Assembly (NCBI GenBank): GCA_002269645.1
Contig: NIVC01003829.1
Coordinates: 1 to 64,000, forward strand
DNA length: 64,000 nt
From: Macrostomum lignano
Lineage: Eukaryota
Direction: 5' to 3'
Shown here: positions 1 to 12,789 of the stretch, in pieces
Layout: every line of letters starts with the position of its first letter
Numbering within the stretch: position 1 is the first letter of the stretch
Notes under the pieces: model-generated
Databases searched by the model: none
Seen by the model: the letters and a program-made list of their open reading frames with translations, nothing else
Told to the model about the DNA's origin: nothing
Made by a program: the position numbers and the translations under genes

Positions 1-522
1 CATTAGAAAAATCGACGTTTGTTAATATTAATTCGCATTGCATGTGTAATTTAAAAACTAAATTTACAGGAATGAGGGTTCCTGTGTTCAACGTTCAACA
101 AAAGCTTCTAAGGCATATTTGTTGTGCTAGGCTACTGTGCATTGCTGTGCTGGCCTATGCACTAGGCCTAGACTAAATAAGTGAAGGCTCCGTGTACAAG
201 ATAAATGAAAGGAGCTTTTCTTAAATTCCTTGTGCATTATTATGTGATTGCTTAAGTAATTTTGTTCTATAGTTTAAAGCCTGTCACTTGACTTGTCGTT
301 GTCAGTTAATTAATAATACAGGCATTTGAAATGTAAATGTAGGTCTAATATTATGAGAAGTAACTTATAAGCTGCTTTTATTCAATTATAAAAAGGCTTC
401 AATTCAATGAAATTCTATTATTTAGCTCATACATGCGCAACTTCTGAAATTACGCTGGCCGTGCGACTTAGTTTTCGATAAAAAATGCGACTTACCTATG
501 AAAGAGCCAAGCTAAAACTTTA

Positions 523-586
523 GGTAAACGGCAGGAGTAACTATGACCATATTTTTAAAGCTAAATGCCTCGCCAGCTAATTAGTG
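523..586 (+). pseudogene. 64-bp degenerate fragment of nuclear 28S rRNA (helix 69-71 region); not a functional rRNA gene
   Basis: 523-547 matches GGTAAACGGCGGGAGTAACTATGAC at 24/25 and 563-586 matches AAATGCCTCGTCATCTAATTAGTG at 22/24, with the correct 15-nt spacing (28S consensus recalled from memory). Confidence 0.85.
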
Positions 587-1004
587 CTGCGTGCAGATTC
601 CGCGTTTTATAACAGCTAATCAGTATGTCATCTAGTGGCGGCATGAAGCAATTGTAAATTGTCAGTACAGTGTAGTGAGCATACTACAAAAGTCATGATT
701 CATAAATGTCCAGAAGTAAGTGAAGTGAATACAGTGTGACCTATAGCTCAAGAACGATTTGCTAGACGATTTGGCATGGAAGATGAGAGCCCTGATTCAG
801 ATGGCTCATCAGATGCAGAATACGAATCCAGTAGAGATACAAGCTGTGAAAACCCACAGATTTTTAAACCACTGAATTCTAATTCCGGAACTATTTTTGC
901 ATAGATTCTAAATTTGAAGTCATGCTCAAACAAAAACTTGTTAACAGTTAGGAAAAAGGCAAAGATGGGAGTAATGCATGTTAAACTAAGATTTGAGGCC
1001 TTTG

Positions 1005-1784
1005 CAAATTCTCTCCATTCCTCAATCTTCTCATCCTCTTTTTCTTTCTCTCTCATCCCTTATCCCTTCTCTCTTTCCTCTCCTCTCTCCTCTCTTTCCT
1101 CTCCTCTCCTATCTCTTCTGTCTCCTCTCTACATTCTTATCTCTCCTCTTGTCTCTCTCCATTCCACTCTACTCTCTCATCTTATCTTCCCTCTCGTCTC
1201 TCTCCACTCTACTCTCTCATCTTATCTCTCCTCTCTTTTCTACTCTCTCATCTCTCCTCTCTTCACTCTCCTCTCATCTCCTCTTTATCCTCTCTTCTCT
1301 CATCTACTCTCTCCTCTTTCCTCTTTCCTCTCTTCTGATCTTATCCATCATCTTTTCTTTCCTCTTTTCTCTCATCTCCTCTTCTCTCTCATCTCTTTTT
1401 CCTCCCTCAGCTTTTCTCTCCTCTTCTATCTTTTCTCCCATCGCATCGCTCGCCTCTCCTCTGTTTGCTTATCTCTAATCTTCTATTCCCTCTACTTTGA
1501 AGTAAGAAAATATGCACATATTTTTGCTGAAGATAAGAGGAGAGAAGAGGGCATTGAGGAGAAAGGGTAGAGAGAAAGGGGGAGAAGAGAGGAGAGTAAA
1601 AATGAGAGGAGAGAGAAGAGGGAAAAGGGGGAGAGAGAGAAGAGGGGAGGCAAGGTAGAGAAGAAGAGAGAGATGAGAGTTGAAGAGACACCAACCTTGC
1701 TACTCGTAGTTAGGAAGTTTCAAAGAACCCGAGGGGCGAGGGCCAGATAGAGGGGCTTCGCGAGCCGGAGTTTGCCAACCCCTG
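1005..1784 (-). mobile_element. hAT-like MITE end with CT/GA low-complexity body, nested in the TIR element
   Basis: Ends GAGTTTGCCAACCCCTG (minus strand CAGGGGTTGGCAAACTC, a typical hAT TIR). Its terminal ~70 bp are similar to 48300-48363, and both are preceded by GA-rich sequence. The other end was not found. Confidence 0.55.
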
Positions 1785-1944
1785 CTCCAGAGTTTAAGAA
1801 ATGACGCGGGCTTCTGATTTCAAAGATCTTGTCTGTGGTTGAAGGCTTCTATTCTGTTTTTGCTCTCCTGCCACACTTGCACCTACTACCCCCTGATTGC
1901 CTCTGATTGTGACTTACTTCCCTCTTATTGCGACTTAGTTGCTT

Positions 1945-3055
1945 CTTTTTGCGACTTACCTAATCCTTTTTGCGACTTACTTAATCCTTTTTGCGACTTA
2001 CCTAATCCTTTTGCGACTTACCTAACCCTTTTGCGACTTACCTAATCCTTTTTGCGACTTACTTAATCCTTTTTGCGACTTACTTAATCCTTTTGCGACT
2101 TACCTAACCCTTTGCGACTTACCTAACCCTTTGTGACTTACCTAATCCTTTTTGCGACTTACCTAATCCTTTTTGCGACTTACTTAATCCTTTTTGCGAC
2201 TTACCTAATCCTTTTGCGACTTACCTAACCCTTTTGCGACTTACCTAACCCTTTGCGACTTACCTAACCCTTTGTGACTTACCTAATCCTTTTTGCGACT
2301 TACCTAATCCTTTTTGCGACTTACTTAATCCTTTTTGCGACTTACCTAATCCTTTTGCGACTTACCTAACCCTTTTGCGACTTACCTAATTCTTTTTGCG
2401 ACTTACTTAATCCTTTTTGCGACTTACCTAATCCTTTTTGCGACTTACCTAATCCTTTTTGCGACTTACCTAATCCTTTTTGCGACTTACCTAATCCTTT
2501 TTGCGACTTACCTAACCCTTTGTGACTTAGCTAATCCTTTTTGCGACTTACCTAACCCTTTGTGACTTACCTAATCCTTTTTGCGACTTACCTAATCCTT
2601 TTTGCGACTTACCTAATCCTTTTTGCGACTTACTTAATCCTTTTGCGACTTACCTAACCCTTTGTGACTTACCTAATCCTTTTTGCGACTTACCTAATCC
2701 TTTTTGCGACTTACCTAATCCTTTTGCGACTTAGCTGATCCTTTTTGTGACTTACCTAATCCTTTTTGCGACTTACCTAATCCTTTTTGGGACTTACCTA
2801 ATCCTTTTTGCGACTTACCTAACCCTTTTGCGACTTACCTGATTCCTGTTGCGACTTACCTAATCCTTTTTGCGACTTACTTAATCCTTTTTGCGACTTA
2901 CCTAATCCTTTTTGCGACTTACCTAATCCTTTTTGCGACTTACCTAATCCTTTTTGGGACTTACCTAATCCTTTTTGCGACTTACCTAACCCTTTTGCGA
3001 CTTACCTGATTCCTGTTGCGACTTACCTGATCCTTTTTGCGACTTACCTGAATAT
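1945..3055 (+). repeat. 22-23-bp tandem repeat (CCTAATCCTTTTTGCGACTTA-type), roughly 50 copies
   Basis: Directly visible periodicity with core GCGACTTAC. Confidence 0.95.
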
Positions 3056-3509
3056 TTTTACAACTTAGTTTGCTTCTTTTGCGAATTGTTTTTCTTTTGC
3101 TTCATTATTTTCCCTGAACTGCTCTTTCTTTCGCTTTCCTCTTGCCTTTCTTGGTTCTTGTGTTTTTCTGTTTTTGGTTGACTCAATTTTGCGACTTACC
3201 CCTGGTCAGCCACGATTTACGGTGGCCGGATCGGCCAGGTCGGCCAGCAGTTGCGCATGTATGATTTAGCTACAGCCATATGTATGTAGGAAAGCCTTAT
3301 TGAGCACTAAGCCTAGCTTATTGACTTAATGAATAGATTTAGCTAACTTACTAGATACGAGCCTTAAAATTTTAGTTTTATCTATGTATCTACTTTATGT
3401 ATACCATGGGCATTAGGCCTAGAGTAAATAACAAACTATAAAACTAAGCCTACAATATATTTTATATAAAATACCTGATCCTTGACTTATTTTCCTTTCT
3501 TTAGTTCCT

Positions 3510-4830
3510 CTCTCCCCTAACCTTGGATTTCCTCCCTCTACCCTAGCTTCTCTCCCCCCTGACCCTGGCTTCCCTCCCTCCTAACCCCTGGCTTCAATCC
3601 TAACCCCTAGCTTCCCTTCTTTGACCCCTGACTTCCTTCCCCTAATCTTGGCTTCTCCCCCTGACCCCTGGCTTCCCTTCTTTCGAACCCCTGGCTGCAC
3701 GCTTAACCCCTGGCTTCCCTCCTCTGACCCTGGCTTCTCTCCCCTTGACCCCTGGCTTCCCTCCCTTGACTCTGGCTTCCCTCCCCTGACTCTGGCTTCC
3801 CTCCCCTGACCTTGGCTTCTCCTTCCTGGCCCCTGGCTTCCCTCTCCCGTGACCCCTGGCTTCCCTCCTTCCTAACCCCTGGCTTTACTCCTAACCCCTG
3901 GCTTCCCTCCCCTGACCCTGGCTTCTCTCCCGACCCCTGGCTTCCCTCCCCTGACCCTGGCTTCTCCCTCCTGACCCCTGGCTTCCCTCCCCTGACCCTG
4001 GTTTCTCTCCCGACCCCTGGCTTCCCTCCCCTGACCCTGGCTTCTCTCCCGACCCCTGGCTTCCCTCCCCTGACCCTGGCTTTCCTCCCCTGACCCTGGC
4101 TTCCCTCCCCCGACCCCTTGCTTCCCTTTTTCCTAACCCCTGGCTTTACTTCTAACCGCTGGCTTCTCCCCCAACTTCTGGCTTCCCTCCCCTGACCCTG
4201 GCTTCCCTCCCGACCCCTGGCTTCCCTCCCCTGACCCTGGCTTCCCTCCCGACCCCTGGCTTCCCTCCCGACCCCTGGCTTCCCTCCCCTGACCCTGGCT
4301 TCCCTCCCCTGACCCTGGCTTTTCCCTCCTGACCCCTGGCTTCCCTCCCCTGACCCCGGCTTCTCTCCCGACCCCTGGCTTCCCTCCCCTGACCCTGGCT
4401 TCCCTCCTTCCTAACCCCTGGCTTTACTCCTAACCGCTGGCTTCCCTCCCCTGACCCTGGCTTCCCTCCCCTGACCCTGGCTTCCCTCCCCTGACCCTGG
4501 CTTCCCTCCCCTGACCCTGGCTTCCCTTTCCTGACCCTGGCTTCCCTCCCCCGACCCCTGGCTTCCCTCCTTCCTAACCCCTGGCTTTACTCCTAACCGC
4601 TGGCTTCTCCCCCGACTTCTGGCTTCCCTCCCCTGACCTTGGCGTGGCTTCTCCCTCTTGACCACTGGCTTCCCTCCCCTGACCCTGGCTTCCCTCCCCT
4701 GACCCTGGCTTCCCTCCCCCGACCCCTGGCTTCCCTCCCCCGACCCCTGGCTTCCCTCCCCTGACCCTGGCTTCTCTCCCCCTGGCCCTGGCCTTTCTCC
4801 TTACTAACCCCTGGCTTCCCTCCTTCCTAA
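3510..4830 (+). repeat. Degenerate C-rich ~21-25-bp minisatellite (CCTGACCCTGGCTTCCCTCCC); G-quadruplex-prone on the minus strand
   Basis: Visible repeat; inverted counterpart at ~12790-13930. Confidence 0.9.
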
Positions 4831-5344
4831 CCCCTCCCAGGCTAACCCTCCTACTCTACCCCTCCCAGCTACGCTCTCTAGGCTACCCCTCCCAGGCTAC
4901 CCCTGCCATTGTACCCCTCCTAGGCATCCCTCCCAGACAGCCCCTCAGGCTCCCCTCCTACTTTACCCCTCAGGCTCCCCTCTTACTTTACCCCTCCCAG
5001 GCAGCCCTTCCAGGCTACTCCTCCCAGGCTACCCCTTCCATGGCAACCACTTCCAGGCTATCTCCCACTGTACCCCTGTGTACTGTCTCTATTTATGTTC
5101 GAAACTGAGAAGATTGTTTCGTTTCGGTATTATTTAAAAAGATAATGCATCATTTTTTACTTCAGACGCTTCACTCTCATCATTTCAGGTGCGTACATGC
5201 GAGTCAGCTAACGCTGACGCCGCACTTTGTATTCGGCTTTCCAACGGGGAACTGTGCGTTTATGAAAGCCATTTGGGATTTGGGATGCCAGAAAAGATAT
5301 TCTATTTTGCAAGGATCCGATAAAAGCTGCCGCTTCGGCTGCAC

Positions 5345-5660
5345 TGCAGTGACCGCCGGCTCAAGCGGAGACGATCGCAGGACTGTTTGCTGCCTGCCGC
5401 TTGCTGCAGTGACCGCCGGCTCAAGCGGAGACGATCGCAGGACTGTTTGCTGCCTGCCGCTTGCTGCAGTGACCGCCGGCTCAAGCGGAGACGATCGCAG
5501 GACTGTTTGCTGCCTGCCGCTTGCTGCAGTGACCGCCGGCTCAAGCGGAGACGATCGCAGGACTGTTTGCCGCCTGTCGCTTGCTGCAGTGACCGCCGGC
5601 TCAAGCGGAGACGATCGCAGGACTGTTTGCTGCCTGCCGCTTGCTGCAGTGACCGCCGGC
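5345..5660 (+). repeat. 60-bp CpG-rich tandem repeat, ~5 copies
   Basis: Exact 60-nt period (GCTGCAGTGACCGCCGGCTCAAGCGGAGACGATCGCAGGACTGTTTGCTGCCTGCCGCTT). Confidence 0.95.
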
Positions 5661-6105
5661 TCGCTGCTTCGCGTGCTGTCATCTACGAGTGTTGCGAGTG
5701 CTAAGGGCGAACGAAGGACTAATTAAGGAGCATATTATCCGATTTCCTTCAGAGGAGATCTTTGGCATTTATTTATCTTCGCGTGGAATTAGCAGTGAGT
5801 AAAAAAATATGTGTATTTTATGCTGCCGCTTATACACTCTACAATATCATCAGCAGAATACGAAAAATGAGGTCGTTTAAAACAAAATAGTGCGTAGATT
5901 TTCTGCACGTTACGCGTATTTAGCTTCTTCCTAGTGAAATCAGTGAATTGTTTTGGTCGCGTACATAACCTATTCAGCTTCTCCGCTCATAGTCACTCCA
6001 GCATCAAGTGCTAACAATGCAAATTAGCTATGAACTGTATTGGAATACTTTGCATCATGCATTTGCATTTTAAATAAAAGGACTTTTTCTCTCGTTCATT
6101 GGCAG

Positions 6106-6251
6106 GTGTCGAGATGAGACTAAGCAATGTGCATTATGCTGCTGCCGATGCACAGGACGCAGAGTGCAATCAGGATCCTCGTGAGGTGAAAGAAGACGAC
6201 AGTGACGACTACGACATGTATGACTATTCAGCCACATTGCACAGAAATTAG
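6106..6251 (+). CDS. Possible terminal coding exon of an unidentified gene (VEMRLSNVHY...EDDSDDYDMYDYSATLHRN*)
   Basis: Pyrimidine tract plus CAG acceptor ending at 6105, open frame to TAG at 6249-6251, protein-like composition; no homology recognised. Confidence 0.25.
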
Positions 6252-8765
6252 CTGTTAGCCGTATAAATATGTTTAGTCACACTTCTCTGTGCCCGTGGCG
6301 TATACAACATTTAATCCATGACCTCTGCAATATTGCACTACCATCAAATGCTGACGCTCTCTCTCCCGCTCTGTAATGCTGTGATCAGTTTTGTCCTCCC
6401 TGTCGAGTTTTGCTAACCAAACTTTGAGAGAACTAAGCAGCGCGTTTTTCGACAAGCGTTGGCTGTTTATATTTTTTCATTGTCTTTTGTCAATGTACAG
6501 TTTTACGAGTGTATACTTGACTGTATATTATGAAGATGTGCCTCTAAAATAAAACAGACTTAATTGCTTTTACCTATGCTTTTTACGATAATTCACTCTG
6601 TCCTGTCCTGAAACATTCCTGTTTTATCGAATTCTCTTTTGATGATGACACAAATATGGTCACATGACGGTCACAAAGAATAGTGGGAGGTAGAGCCATA
6701 GGGCGAGATGTATAAAGTATATGAATTTACATTACAGTAGTCTCAATGGTTTGCCTGCCCCTCTTGGCCTCCCTTTCTCCTTCTCGCCCTCTGTCGCTGC
6801 AGCACCTGTTGGTTAAAAATGAGAGGAAAGCTCGGCGAGAAAAGCCTCTGTGTAAAAGTCTCGTGCTCCCATAGCGTGACATCCTGTCACTTTTTAAATA
6901 GCCATGACTTTCCTGGTACATGGACACTTACATATGTAAGTTGTTTCCATCCGATTAAGACAAATGATCTATAATTAGTATAGGTGGATATTAGTAGAAA
7001 TAAATTCAGTCAGTCTTATCATGTACGAGCAGTGGCGGATCTAGGATTTCTTTTTGGGAGGGGCGGTCCAAGTTTGGGAGGCCAACATGAGTATGAGGGG
7101 CACCAGTTATGAGGGGCGCTAACTGATGTACTGCTGAAAATAACGAACGGGAAACACGGGATGCATGTTATTAATTTCTTAAATACGTATTTGAATTGAG
7201 AAGCACAATATCGGGGAGAAGTTTCGCCTTCTCTGTGCTTGGCAAGTGCACATGCACTAGCTACATGTACATGTAGTTATTGCGCAGATTTGAGAGTTGT
7301 GTACAGTGTTAGAGGGTTACTTGACTTAGCTGCAGGGGTTCCGGGCATCCGGACGCAGCGAGGAGGCGTTGCCTCTTCAACTTCACGACTGCAACTTCAA
7401 GCTTCGCCACCAGATCACTCGCCATCCGCATGTTGTCAGCATGATGTCACCGATGAATTGAAGAGAATGTCAGTTTTGACGAGCTACATGTAAGTTTTAT
7501 CCGTTGCTCGAATTTCTACCGAGGAAAAAGCCTCTATTTGTTGTTGAACGGGGGTAGAAAGCCAGGGGCTTACCGCGGATCAGCCTTAAGGGGGCTCTAC
7601 CGCAGGGATCTGACTGTGGGCCATACTACCAGGGGCATGTAGCCCGAGAGGCCACGATTGGGATTGGGACCAGAGCTCAGGACTCTGGTGAGAGCAGGAG
7701 CATTGGTGCTACTAACTCAAACCTACGGTACAAGGCACCGCCAACCCAAAAGTGGAATCAGCGACGGTGCTAAGACCGAGTCCTCGGGAGTGCGCAGAAA
7801 AAATTGAAAATACGAAAAATTAGCTTGGGTTACTACTGAAACCGGTCCAAGAGCGGGGAAACCCAGAAGTCTTGGAAGCCTTAACTATTGGAGCGAGTCT
7901 GGAAGGCTTGTATCCGAGGGCGAGACTCCAGGCAGGAAGCCCATCTACCGGCTACAAACCCAAGGGTATCGCCTATCCAGCTCAATATTGGGGGCCAGGC
8001 CAAGGGGTCGGGAAGGGGCACAAGGAGCAAGAGGACCCGGACTCAGCCGGTATCCCCGATTCGGGACGAACTCATTCCCCAGGACACGAATCTACTATCA
8101 GGATGAGAGCCAGAGACACTTAGTCAGGGAGACAACCAGAGGAGCCAGCAGATGGACCAAGGACAGCGCAGGATGGACCGGGCAGGGAGGGCAGAGCTCA
8201 TTACTCCGGAAAATTGGAGCGGCAGTCAAAGGCCTTACATTAATAAAACCAATACAAGTAATGGGGATAAAAACAGGACGGAGGAGCACCTGAACCCTAC
8301 TAGCAGTTGGGAGACCCTGCTTCCCGGGGCACAGCCTCAGGGCTGGCATCAACTAGGCTCTACCGTACACCTTCGTGAATGGTCATTCTTTCCTGCAGGG
8401 CGGGTACGAAGGACAGCCAGGGTAAAAACAGTCAGAGACCGTCTTTACGGTCTGAAAAGCTTCTATTCACTACGAGTACATTAGTGGCTATAGGTTCACA
8501 CAAATAAAATTTGTCAGATCGGTCGAACCATTGAAACAAACTTTCCTGCTAATACTTCCATGAGCTCATACTTGCATGAGAATTCACTACTATATGAGTT
8601 CTTTGCAGCTGCTTCTGTCATGCCCATTCTCCTGATTCTGGGCAGCGTTGTGCTAACAGTTCCGTTCTCGCGTTTGAGAAGATCCTTGAAAAAAATTTCT
8701 ATGTTCAACTGGAGTAGAGTGGATTGAGCTGGACTACAGTACAGTATGGCTCGGAAATAAGTGTG

Positions 8766-9477
8766 CATTTTGGCATAACTCCAGTGTAGTGGAATAAAGG
8801 AAACTCCAGCATTGGAGCCTTGCAATATGCAGACTCCAATACTTTATAGATTGACGGTCGATTTTAGCGTGCAGTCTGGTGCGACACTGCTCAGCGGCTT
8901 GCGTAGTTTTGATTAGTTGCAAGTTGCAGGACAGCCGGTTTACTTGCAGAATCTTTACTGGCAGCAGGTTGATAAGGTGTAAATTTGACAAGTGCACCTA
9001 GGCTGGGGGGATACAAATCTTTGGCATTTTGCAGAGTGGCTTTCGCGCCTATGCGCCCAACATTTTCTGATAGATTTCGGCCCCTGAGTCGATTGGCGCC
9101 GGTCCCAGAGCGCCAGAAGGTCATCCAATAGAGTTATTTGCACTTTTCCGGTGCCAAAATCGAAACTCCAGTACTGGCTGATATAACTCCAGCATTGGAG
9201 CTGATAAAAATCCAGCATTGGAGCATAAGAAAACTCCAGCATTGGAACATAAGAAAACTCTAGCATTGAAACGAGTACTGGAGCTGATATAACTTCAGCA
9301 TTGGAGCCTTGCAGACTCCAATACTTAGATTGATGGTCGATTTTAGCGTGCAGTTTAGTGCGACAATGCGACAATCTTATGCTCCGATGCTGGATTTATA
9401 TCAGCCAGTATTGGAGTTTCGATTTTGGAGTTGGAGTTTCGATTGGAGTTTCCACTACTGGAGTTACGCCAAAATTT
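8766..9477. mobile_element. MITE-like element with nested inverted repeats and CTCCAGCATTGGAG palindromic motifs
   Basis: Outer imperfect IR ATTTTGGC(A/G)TAACTCCAGT..AGTGGAA at ~8767-8793 and ~9449-9476; inner 33-bp IR 9154-9186 / 9396-9428 (32/33 match); internal direct duplication ~8810-8890 / ~9300-9365. TSD not identified. Confidence 0.55.
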
Positions 9478-11276
9478 ACTTCTTTCCGAGCCATACTTGT
9501 ACCCCAAAATGATGGATTTGGCGCATAGAATTTTACTGGATAATAGGTAGAGTAATTTTGCACCAGCTATATACTTTACCACTTGTCAAAATATTGAGCA
9601 GTTGCTGAGATATCGATGCTTCAATTTCGGTGAATTTCCAGTGCTCTTTAAATAAGCGTAAAATACGTTTTTTAGTCCAGTCCACGGGGCCGCTGGACTA
9701 GTCTACATGTAGCTCAATCCACTCCACGGCTGCGTGTGGATCCACTTGCGATCAGTAAAAGTGGCAAAAGTAGAGATAAATTTAAATGTTCAGCTTGCAA
9801 AGGTATTATTAACTACCTAATAGCAGCTTAGCTTGATGTCAAAAATTTATTTTTCACTCCGACAGTCAAGCAGTCCTTCTGGCCGTCTGCTGCAGCACCA
9901 CCAACTCCAGATCTGTCCTGGACTGCAACGCCCGGCTCCACGGGCTTGCGCTGGGCAACCGGTGGAGCTCTAATGGATCCCGGTCCACGATGTCATGGTT
10001 TCCATTCCGGCAAGGCTGGCTCCGCCAGCGGGCTTCTGGACCGGGCCCAGGGGCCCCCACCCATGCGCCTCGGTGATCAACTACCGAGTCAAGCACTGGG
10101 CTGACTCTGAGCATCTCCGCAGGTGGCACGATCGACACTCGAAATTGCAGGAAATCCCGTGCTGCTGTCCCCTTCTTGCTCTTGCTGTTCTTGCTGTCTG
10201 TCTCCTCCCCTTCCTTAGGCTCAAGCCTAAGATCTTAAGAGCATTTACATGTACGAGTACATGGGCCTTTTCCGGGCATGCATGGCTGCTTCTCTCGCCA
10301 CCGCTTCCTTCAGGGCCAGGTACTTGAGGAGCGGCGCGCGGTGCCCCAAGCTCTTCTGCCGCTCAACAGGCAGTAAAAACGCAGAACAATTTATCTGCCA
10401 CTACCCGGTCTTCACCACTCACTCACCCCGGCCCAAACCCTCCAACGCTAATTGCAGGCCCGAGAGCATATTGATGCTCACCCGGTACCTCAGCTGAGTT
10501 TTACCCACCGCCGGTGAGGAGGACCGTGCTGCAAGCGAGACCGACGACGGCCCCCCTGAGCGACATCACTTCGATGGAAGTCATTCATGGTCGCCACGCC
10601 AGAGGCTAGCGGAATGGGCGGTCTCCTCCGCCTCCTGATCGCTGCATCCGCCGGATAATGCCCTCTGCATCTAAGTCAAGCTTACTTGAGGTAGCAAATT
10701 AGCCAGACTATGTAGATAGTTTGCCATTAGCTAAGGATGTTTAACATTTTGAGCAGAATGAAAGATTTTTCAGGCCGCCGCGATCCGAAATTCAAACTCT
10801 GCGACTTGCAGTCTGGTCAATTCTTTTGAGCAAGCGAAATTTCTCAAATAAGTGTAACACAAAATAGAAAAATACTTGGACAATTTCGGTCACTTCTGCG
10901 CGAAAATGCGTGGCGCAACAGCCAAATTACCGGGTAACATCGATTGAGCAAAATGCATTTTTTTGTTATTCGGACAAAAAAAATATTAAAGCTCTCAATA
11001 AACGCAAAGGTAATGTGCTGCTTGGATAGAATAACTTTATGCAGCTACGCAAAACCAACTGAAGTAATGCTCGCAACATAAAGCTACCCGCAGAAACTTC
11101 AGCTACACAGCAACTACAAACAGCTGGTACAGAACTGCGCATCACCAGGATGTGAGTCACACAAACACGCATCACTTCAGAAAATCGTTCAGGTCATAAC
11201 TATGGTTTATTAAATAGCCCTCACTTTGCCACTGTTCGTTAAGGTCGTCGCGGAACCGGATGATAGCACGCGGAGC

Positions 11277-12272
11277 AGCGATCGTCCTCCGCTTGAGCCG
11301 GCGGTCACTGCAGCAAGCGGCAGGCAGCAAACAGTCCTGCGATCGTCCTCCGCTTGAGCCGGCGGTCACTGCAGCAAGCGGCAGGCAGCAAACAGTCCTG
11401 CGATCGTCTCCGCTTGAGCCGGCGGTCACTGCAGCAAGCGGCAGGCAGCAAACAGTCCTGCGATCGTCTCCGCTTGAGCCGGCGGTCACTGCAGCAAGCG
11501 GCAGGCAGCAAACAGTCCTGCGATCGTCTCCGCTTGAGCCGGCGGTCACTGCAGCAAGCGGCAGGCAGCAAACAGTCCTGCGATCGTCTCCGCTTGAGCC
11601 GGCGGTCACTGCAGCAAGCGGCAGGCAGCAAACAGTCCTGCGATCGTCTCCGCTTGAGCCGGCGGTCACTGCAGCAAGCGGCAGGCAGCAAACAGTCCTG
11701 CGATCGTCTCCGCTTGAGCCGGCGGTCACTGCAGCAAGCGGCAGGCAGCAAACAGTCCTGCGATCGTCTCCGCTTGAGCCGGCGGTCACTGCAGCAAGCG
11801 GCAGGCGGCAAACAGTCCTGCGATCGTCTCCGCTTGAGCCGGCGGTCACTGCAGCAAGCGGCAGGCAGCAAACAGTCCTGCGATCGTCTCCGCTTGAGCC
11901 GGCGGTCACTGCAGCAAGCGGCAGGCAGCAAACAGTCCTGCGATCGTCTCCGCTTGAGCCGGCGGTCACTGCAGCAAGCGGCAGGCAGCAAACAGTCCTG
12001 CGATCGTCTCCGCTTGAGCCGGCGGTCACTGCAGCAAGCGGCAGGCGCAAACAGTCCTGCGATCGTCTCCGCTTGAGCCGGCGGTCACTGCAGCAAGCGG
12101 CAGGCAGCAAACAGTCCTGCGATCGTCTCCGCTTGAGCCGGCGGTCACTGCAGCAAGCGGCAGGCAGCAAACAGTCCTGCGATCGTCTCCGCTTGAGCCG
12201 GCGGTCACTGCAGCAAGCGGCAGGCAGCAAACAGTCCTGCGATCGTCTCCGCTTGAGCCGGCGGTCACTGCA
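11277..12272 (-). repeat. Same 60-bp repeat, inverted, ~16 copies
   Basis: Exact 60-nt period; reverse complement of the 5345-5660 monomer. Confidence 0.95.
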
Positions 12273-12789
12273 GTGCAGCCGAAGCGGCAGCTTTTATCGG
12301 ATCCTTGCAAAATAGAATATCTTTTCTGGCATCCCAAATCCCAAATGGCTTTCATAAACGCACAGTTCCCCGTTGGAAAGCCGAATACAAAGTGCGGCGT
12401 CAGCGTTAGCTGACTCGCATGTACGCACCTGAAATGATGAGAGTGAAGCGTCTGAAGTAAAAAATGATGCATTATCTTTTTAAATAATACCGAAACGAAA
12501 CAATCTTCTCAGTTTCGAACATAAATAGAGACAGTACACAGGGGTACAGTGGGAGATAGCCTGGAAGTGGTTGCCATGGAAGGGGTAGCCTGGGAGGAGT
12601 AGCCTGGAAGGGCTGCCTGGGAGGGGTAAAGTAAGAGGGGAGCCTGAGGGGTAAAGTAGGAGGGGAGCCTGAGGGGCTGTCTGGGAGGGATGCCTAGGAG
12701 GGGTACAATGGCAGGGGTAGCCTGGGAGGGGTAGCCTAGAGAGCGTAGCTGGGAGGGTAGAGTAGGAGGGTTAGCCTGGGAGGGGTTAG

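Larger units (their letters stand above)
428..3263. mobile_element. Non-autonomous TIR DNA transposon (hAT- or P-superfamily-like)
   Basis: Perfect 15-bp TIRs CATACATGCGCAACT (428-442) / AGTTGCGCATGTATG (3249-3263); 8-bp TSD ATTTAGCT at 420-427 and 3264-3271. The opposite inverted arm lacks this segment (empty site). No recognisable transposase ORF. Confidence 0.9.
1..5683 (+). repeat. Left arm of a large inverted duplication (1-427 plus 3264-5683; interrupted by the TIR element; probably extends beyond the window start)
   Basis: Reverse complement of 1-427 aligns to ~14200-14725, 3264-3500 to ~13940-14200, and 4780-5345 is essentially identical to the reverse complement of 12270-12840. ORF 5145-5726(+) and ORF 12026-12472(-) start with the same peptide. 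Confidence 0.9.

Noticed and set aside
523-586. Functional rRNA gene
   Set aside because: Only 64 bp, with the conserved core mutated and no flanking rDNA.
748-1694. ORFs in the CT/GA-rich region as a transposase or membrane protein
   Set aside because: Low-complexity translation with no DDE or other recognisable motif.
7490-8480. GC-richer segment resembling a retroelement UTR or LTR
   Set aside because: No terminal repeat, PBS, TSD or protein motif could be identified.
9866-10680. GC-rich segment with several short ORFs
   Set aside because: No recognisable domain or consistent exon structure.
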